Assembly: GCA_041666985.1 (NCBI GenBank)
Contig: JBAYFV010000002.1
Span: forward strand, 1-38,800
Source of the DNA: Victivallales bacterium
GTDB lineage: Bacteria; Verrucomicrobiota; Lentisphaeria; Victivallales; GWF2-50-93
DNA length: 38,800 nt
Reading direction: 5' to 3'
Part shown: positions 34,035-38,800 of the stretch, piece by piece
How the letters are laid out: each line of letters opens with the position of its first letter
Position numbering within the stretch: position 1 is the first letter of the stretch
Program-made: the position numbers and the translations under genes
Notes under the pieces: model-generated
What the model was told of the DNA's origin: nothing
Databases searched by the model: none
Seen by the model: the letters and a program-made list of their open reading frames with translations, nothing else

Positions 34035-37000
34035 ATGAGACTTGTTCAGAAACCGGCGCCAGGTAATCATTCCCTTTATTTCAGGGGGGATACTGCCTGC
34101 TTTGAACTTGAAGTCGAGGGTTTCGCCAAAGGGAAGGCTTTTCTTCGTACAAATCTTGGCAACGCCTTCATCAGGCGAAGAGAGATTATTGAGGCCGTTG
34201 AAACAAAGCGCCAGAGGAGCGGTCAGGACTGGCATGACGTGCCCATGGAGAAAACCGGAGAGAAAACCTATTCTGTCATACTCGCCCTGCTGGAGGTCGG
34301 ACATTTCGAGGCGAAATGCCTTTTTCTCACCGATGAATCCTCCGAACCTGTCTGGGTTGAGGGAGACAATCTGCACATAAACGTGGAGCCTTCGGACTTC
34401 TGCTGCGCAAACAGCATATACTGCGCATTTGTCAGGCAGTTCGGCGGCAATAAGGGCAAAAAGGAAACCGTTGGCGACGAGCTCAACTCTCTCATTTACA
34501 GGCTGGACAACAAAGGGTATTCCGTGATTCCCCCGTCGGGCACATTCAGAAGCCTGATAAGGGAGCTGGACATAATAATTGACAGGCTCAAGTGCAGGAT
34601 AATCCATCTTCTCCCTGTGAATCCGACCCCCACCGTCTTTGCCAGGATGGGGCGTTTTGGAAGTCCGTACGCAGCTCTGGATTTTACGTCGGTTGATCCG
34701 TCGCTTGCCGAGTTCGACAGGAAATCGACTCCGCTGGATCAGTTTCTCGAACTTGTTGACGCGGTTCACCGGAGGAATGCGAAAGTTTTTATCGACATGG
34801 CGATAAACCACACCGGCTGGGCGTCCAGAATTCACGAGGATCATCCGGAATGGCTTGTAAGGGAACCCGACGGTGCAATCCACTCTCCGGGCGCCTGGGG
34901 GGTTGTGTGGGGAGATCTCACCGAACTCAACCATAACAGGCTCGATCTCTGGAAATACATAGCGGAAGTTTTCACAACGTGGTGCAGCAGGGGGGTGGAC
35001 GGCTTCCGTTGTGACGCCGGATACATGATTCCGGGCGAAGCGTGGGAGTTCATAATCGCCCGTGTAAGAAATGAATACCCGGATACGATTTTCCTTCTTG
35101 AAGGGCTGGGCGGGGATCCTGCGGTCACCAGACAGCTGCTTGACAAAGCCAACATGAACTGCGCGTATTCCGAGCTTTTTCAGAATTTCACCAGGCAGCA
35201 GATTGAAGGATATGTGCCATATGCGCAGGAGATAAGTTTCTCGGAAGGACTGATGGTCCATTATGCGGAGACGCATGACAACAACCGGCTCGCGGCCATT
35301 TCACCTCTTTACGCGCAGATGAGGACGGCCCTCTGCGCTCTCACCTCAAGCAACGGCGCCTTCGGTTTCACAAACGGCGTTGAATGGTTTGCAACGGAGA
35401 AGATTGATGTTCACGAGGCCAACGCCCTCAACTGGGGAAACCCGGAAAATCAGATTCCCCATATCCGCCGGCTCAATTCAATTCTTGTCTGCCATCCCTC
35501 GTTCTTCAATAATTCTTCAATAAGATTCATTGATCCCGGACATCCCCGCGCCATTGCATTCGTAAGGTCGGACGCGAAGGGGGAAAAAAATCTGCTGGTG
35601 TTTATAAACCTTGACTGCGGGGAGGTGTCGAAAATCGTCTGGAAGACCGAAGATGTTCCTTTCGAATGCGGAACCCTGCTGGATCTCATAAGCGAGGAGC
35701 ATTTTGTTCCGACGGAATCGCCGGGGAGGAAAAAATCTCTTCTTCTTGGGGCGGGACAGGTCCTCTGCCTTACGGCAAATCCGAAGGAGTTGTATTACAT
35801 CTCCGAGGTTGAGGGGAGGAAGCATGAGAAGCCCGACAAGATTGTGCGGCAGAGCGCTCAGGCGATCGCATTTGAGGTGCTTTGCCGGAGAAACCGTTCC
35901 AACGTGGTCGTTGATTTGAAGCCGAAGGAGCTTGCCCTCAAGCTTCTTGACGATCCGTATGAATTTGTTTCATCGTTTTACGATTCGCTGGAGGAGACTC
36001 CGGTTGTCGTATGGGAATGGCCCACCGACATGAGGAGAATGGTCATGATACCCCCGGGCCACCATATACTCGTGAAATCGCCTTTCAGGTTCCGCGCGAG
36101 AATCGCGGACGACAGGAAAATCATAATCCAGAGGGACAGCCTCAGGAAAAGTTCCGGAAAATATTTTGCCTTGTTCATGCCTCTCCCGGTCAGTAAGACG
36201 CATGTCAGGTTGAAGATGAAAATCTCGGTGTATGCCGAAGACAAGTCAAGAAGGGAGGAGGCGGAGATTCTTCTGCTTTCACCCGATGACACAAGGGTGC
36301 ATTCAACCTATGCCAACGCCGACATGCGTTCGTCCCCGCTTGTTTTCCTGGATACGAACGGAAGGGGCGGCATGTTGCATTCATGTGTTCAATGGGGTGA
36401 ATTGAAAAGCAGGTATGACGCCATTCTGGCCGCAAATATCAGCGTTGATTATCCTGAAGACCGCCATATCATGTGGAGGCGTTGCAGGATGTGGGTGGAC
36501 TTCCATGGACGCAGGGAGGTTTTTTCGCTTGACACAACGGAGAATTTCACAGTCAACACGGACGGCAGCGGAACCTGGAATTTCCATCTTCCGGTCGGCA
36601 ACGGTCTGTTTGTGGATGTCTGCGTCAACATGATGATGATTGATAATGAAAACGCTGTCAGAATGGAGGTCTTCAGGCGTCTGGCCTTAAACGAAAACGA
36701 ATATCTTTCTGATGATTTTCCGGTCAGGATCATAATGCGTCCCGACATTGACGACAGGAATTTCCATATGGAAACCAAGGCGATGCACGGAGCCGAGACG
36801 CATTTCCCGAAATCCGTTGAAGCCAACCATAAGTCAGTGACGTTCTCGCCTTCCGGGGACAGAAGCCTTGTCATAAGCACTTTCAAGGGGAAGTTCGTGT
36901 CCGCGCCTGAATGGCAGTATTCGGTTTACCACGAGAGGGAGTCGTCCCGCGGGCTTGAAGCTTTCAGCGATTTGTTCAGCCCCGGATATTTTGAAATCAC

Positions 37001-38297
37001 CCTCGGCGGAGGAGAGGGTGAACAGGTTGTCGGGCAGGTTCTGACTGCTTTGGAAAACAGGAAAATACAGTTGAACAATGTTAACCACGAATCTCTGCCC
37101 GCAGATTCCTCTTTTGAGAAAGTCCTGCTTTCCGCGATGGACAAGTTCATTGTCAGGAGAGACGGGTTGAAGACGGTTATCGCCGGATATCCGTGGTTCC
37201 TTGACTGGGGCAGGGATACGCTCATTTGCGCAAGAGGTTTAATTGCCGCCGGGAAAATAGACGAGGTTTCACAGATTCTCCTTTTGTTTTCGAAGTTCGA
37301 GGACAGGGGAACGCTCCCCAACACTATTCAAGGCGCAGTTGCCGGCAACAGGGACACCAGCGATGCTCCGCTCTGGTTGTTCGTCGCATGCAGCGATTTC
37401 ATCAGGAAAACCGGGAGAAAGGGTTTTCTCGGAACTGCGGTTGAGGGCAGGGGAACTCTTGTTTCAATTCTGGAAAGCATTGCGCATAATTACATTAAAG
37501 GCACGCCTAACGGCATAATTGCCGACAAGGATTCCGGCCTGATTTTCAGCCCTTCTCACTTCACCTGGATGGATACGAATTATCCGGCGGGAACCCCGCG
37601 CGAAGGATATCCCGTGGAAATACAGGCTCTCTGGTATTTCGCGCTTTCCTTTCTGGCTGAAAATACAGATGACAGGGAATGGGGAGTTCTTGCGGACAAG
37701 GTGAGAACTTCATTTATAAGGCTCTTTTATCTCGAAGATGAGAAATATCTCGCCGACTGTCTTCACGCGGGAGCCGGACAGCCTGCGTCAAAAGCCGGAA
37801 AGGGTGACGCGCTGAGGCCGAATCAGCTCTTCGCCATTACGCTTGGACTTGTCAGGGATCCGGTAATATGCAGGGATATTCTCCTGGCGTCATCATCTCT
37901 TCTCATGCCCGGCGCCGTACGGAGTCTTGCCGACAGACCCGTTTCTTTCAGGCTTCCTGTCTACGGGAGGAATGCGCAAATCATCAACGATCCTCCGAAT
38001 CCGTACTGGGGCAGATATGAAGGCGATGAGGATTACAGGAGGAAGCCCGCATATCACAACGGGACGGCCTGGACCTGGCCGTTCCCCTCATACTCGGAAG
38101 CCTATTATCTCACCTACGGGAATTCAGGGAGGAAAACCGCGAAGTCAATTCTCGCGTCTTCAAAGATGCTTCTGGAAAAAGCCTGCATCCAGAATATTCC
38201 CGAAATTCTCGACGGCGACTATCCGCACACCCAGAGGGGCTGCGACGCGCAGGCGTGGGGAGTCACCGAACTCTACAGGGTCTGGAGCCTGCTGTGA
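34035..38297 (+). CDS. Fused GH13 alpha-glucan-active domain plus amylo-alpha-1,6-glucosidase (GDE) domain, 1420 aa
   Basis: GH13 regions I-IV: VFIDMAINHTGW, GVDGFRCDAGYMIP, IFLLEGLGG, VHYAETHDNNR. The HPEWL/GVDGFR context recalls GlgE-like enzymes. Central GDE_N-like segment (NGRGGMLHS...RYDAILA). C-terminal GDE_C motifs GYPWFLDWGRDTLI, RPNQLFAITL and AYHNGTAWTWPF. Confidence 0.85.
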   Translation: MRLVQKPAPGNHSLYFRGDTACFELEVEGFAKGKAFLRTNLGNAFIRRREIIEAVETKRQRSGQDWHDVPMEKTGEKTYSVILALLEVGHFEAKCLFLTDESSEPVWVEGDNLHINVEPSDFCCANSIYCAFVRQFGGNKGKKETVGDELNSLIYRLDNKGYSVIPPSGTFRSLIRELDIIIDRLKCRIIHLLPVNPTPTVFARMGRFGSPYAALDFTSVDPSLAEFDRKSTPLDQFLELVDAVHRRNAKVFIDMAINHTGWASRIHEDHPEWLVREPDGAIHSPGAWGVVWGDLTELNHNRLDLWKYIAEVFTTWCSRGVDGFRCDAGYMIPGEAWEFIIARVRNEYPDTIFLLEGLGGDPAVTRQLLDKANMNCAYSELFQNFTRQQIEGYVPYAQEISFSEGLMVHYAETHDNNRLAAISPLYAQMRTALCALTSSNGAFGFTNGVEWFATEKIDVHEANALNWGNPENQIPHIRRLNSILVCHPSFFNNSSIRFIDPGHPRAIAFVRSDAKGEKNLLVFINLDCGEVSKIVWKTEDVPFECGTLLDLISEEHFVPTESPGRKKSLLLGAGQVLCLTANPKELYYISEVEGRKHEKPDKIVRQSAQAIAFEVLCRRNRSNVVVDLKPKELALKLLDDPYEFVSSFYDSLEETPVVVWEWPTDMRRMVMIPPGHHILVKSPFRFRARIADDRKIIIQRDSLRKSSGKYFALFMPLPVSKTHVRLKMKISVYAEDKSRREEAEILLLSPDDTRVHSTYANADMRSSPLVFLDTNGRGGMLHSCVQWGELKSRYDAILAANISVDYPEDRHIMWRRCRMWVDFHGRREVFSLDTTENFTVNTDGSGTWNFHLPVGNGLFVDVCVNMMMIDNENAVRMEVFRRLALNENEYLSDDFPVRIIMRPDIDDRNFHMETKAMHGAETHFPKSVEANHKSVTFSPSGDRSLVISTFKGKFVSAPEWQYSVYHERESSRGLEAFSDLFSPGYFEITLGGGEGEQVVGQVLTALENRKIQLNNVNHESLPADSSFEKVLLSAMDKFIVRRDGLKTVIAGYPWFLDWGRDTLICARGLIAAGKIDEVSQILLLFSKFEDRGTLPNTIQGAVAGNRDTSDAPLWLFVACSDFIRKTGRKGFLGTAVEGRGTLVSILESIAHNYIKGTPNGIIADKDSGLIFSPSHFTWMDTNYPAGTPREGYPVEIQALWYFALSFLAENTDDREWGVLADKVRTSFIRLFYLEDEKYLADCLHAGAGQPASKAGKGDALRPNQLFAITLGLVRDPVICRDILLASSSLLMPGAVRSLADRPVSFRLPVYGRNAQIINDPPNPYWGRYEGDEDYRRKPAYHNGTAWTWPFPSYSEAYYLTYGNSGRKTAKSILASSKMLLEKACIQNIPEILDGDYPHTQRGCDAQAWGVTELYRVWSLL

Positions 38298-38667
38298 TCA
38301 GGTTCGGTTCGTAGCTTCTCTGCGAAGGGGGAAGCCCGACAATTCTTAAGAATTTAGATTGGCGGTTTAAAAATCCGCCTTGCTTATTAGGTAAGAACGG
38401 CTCTTTGATTTGATTTTAAGCATGTGTTGTCGAAGATTATTATATGTATGATGTTTATTGTAAATAAGTTGGATTATCCCGGGGAACGGATAGGTCAGCT
38501 GCAAAACATTTATAATACACAAGAGTTAAGCAAGGAGGCAACTAAACTCAATTCCCTGGATAACGCGTGGATCAGCCAGAGCGGCCCGACAGGGCTGCGA
38601 TTGGCTGCATCCTGTGGTTGGGCAATGTTTTTTCATGCTCCTTGTCCTTTGTCAGTGCCTGCACCCT

Positions 38668-38799
38668 TTACCCTCTCCATTTCAACATTTCAAGAGTGTG
38701 GTCCCTCTTCTGCCTTTTTACCCGGGAGACACTGTTCCAGAAGCCGTAGTATCTGAGGAGTTCGCTATGGGACTGCTTCATTTCCAGTAGGCCCTGTGG
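38668..38799 (-). CDS. 3' end of a gene running out of the window; possible IS91/Y2-type transposase fragment
   Basis: The minus-strand frame is open from the window edge: ...PQGLLEMKQSHSELLRYYGFWNSVSRVKRQKRDHTLEMLKWRG, with stop at 38668-38670. R-Y-Y-G-F-x-N/S..R resembles the conserved R.YG..sN..R segment of IS91-family transposases (from memory, weak). Confidence 0.25.
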   Translation of the reverse strand, partial: PQGLLEMKQSHSELLRYYGFWNSVSRVKRQKRDHTLEMLKWRG

Positions 38800-38800
38800 G

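Noticed and set aside
33924-35276. 450-aa ORF antisense to the 5' third of the GH13/GDE gene, extending 110 nt upstream of it
   Set aside because: It is Arg/Pro/Gly-rich with low-complexity composition, typical of a shadow frame opposite a strongly coding G+C-rich gene. It has no SD or recognisable motif, and the sense frame carries unmistakable GH13 motifs. A ribosome-profiling signal would be needed to revive it.
38424-38756. 110-aa and 60-aa + strand ORFs after the GDE gene
   Set aside because: They have no SD and odd composition, and they overlap the better-supported minus-strand frame at the window edge. They are probably non-coding or IS-end sequence.

Overview
This is a 38.8-kb bacterial chromosomal window. 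Hand-counted 100-nt samples give about 33-52% G+C. I found no rRNA, tRNA or CRISPR array by eye. The gene content (ECF sigma factor, giant exported proteins, GH5, glycogen genes, AGR/ATA-rich codons) vaguely recalls PVC-group genomes, but that is only an impression.

Recognisable housekeeping genes:
- + strand: a secreted 5'-nucleotidase/metallophosphatase, tpx, bioA, hrpB, a rhomboid protease, glgA and queA.
- - strand: a GH5-like glycosidase, an alpha/beta-hydrolase esterase, holB, tmk and a Ste24-like M48 protease.
- + strand at the 3' end: a 1420-aa fused GH13 / amylo-1,6-glucosidase (eukaryote-style debranching enzyme architecture).

Accessory or unexplained content, in my order of interest:
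1. An abruptly A+T-rich, translationally coupled three-gene cassette at 7421-9622: an unknown 247-aa protein, an unknown 152-aa protein and a ComEC-type MBL-fold hydrolase. It has its own sigma70-like promoter and ends 7 nt before the hrpB start codon. This is my best candidate for an undescribed defence-like or mobile module.
2. An ECF sigma / putative anti-sigma pair followed by a 9.3-kb block of exported proteins (24540-33789). Three consecutive proteins reuse a CsgG/LpoB-like N-terminal module. Two of them are roughly 1100-aa paralogues (2x module, helical region, beta-propeller-like C-terminus), and one of those two has clearly foreign codon usage.
3. A coupled operon of two paralogous 5-TM proteins, a membrane-anchored 400-aa protein and a small 2-TM protein (3990-7158).
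4. Several intergenic long imperfect hairpins whose arms are duplicated short words. One family shares a 27-nt exact match between two loci. There is also a four-helix palindromic element at the window start with a shortened relative at 19425.

Smaller items: a hicBA pair, a decayed nucleotidyltransferase module, G10 and G8 homopolymers inside glgA, and a possible IS91-like transposase fragment at the right edge.

All family assignments come from motif recognition by eye. No database search was run.
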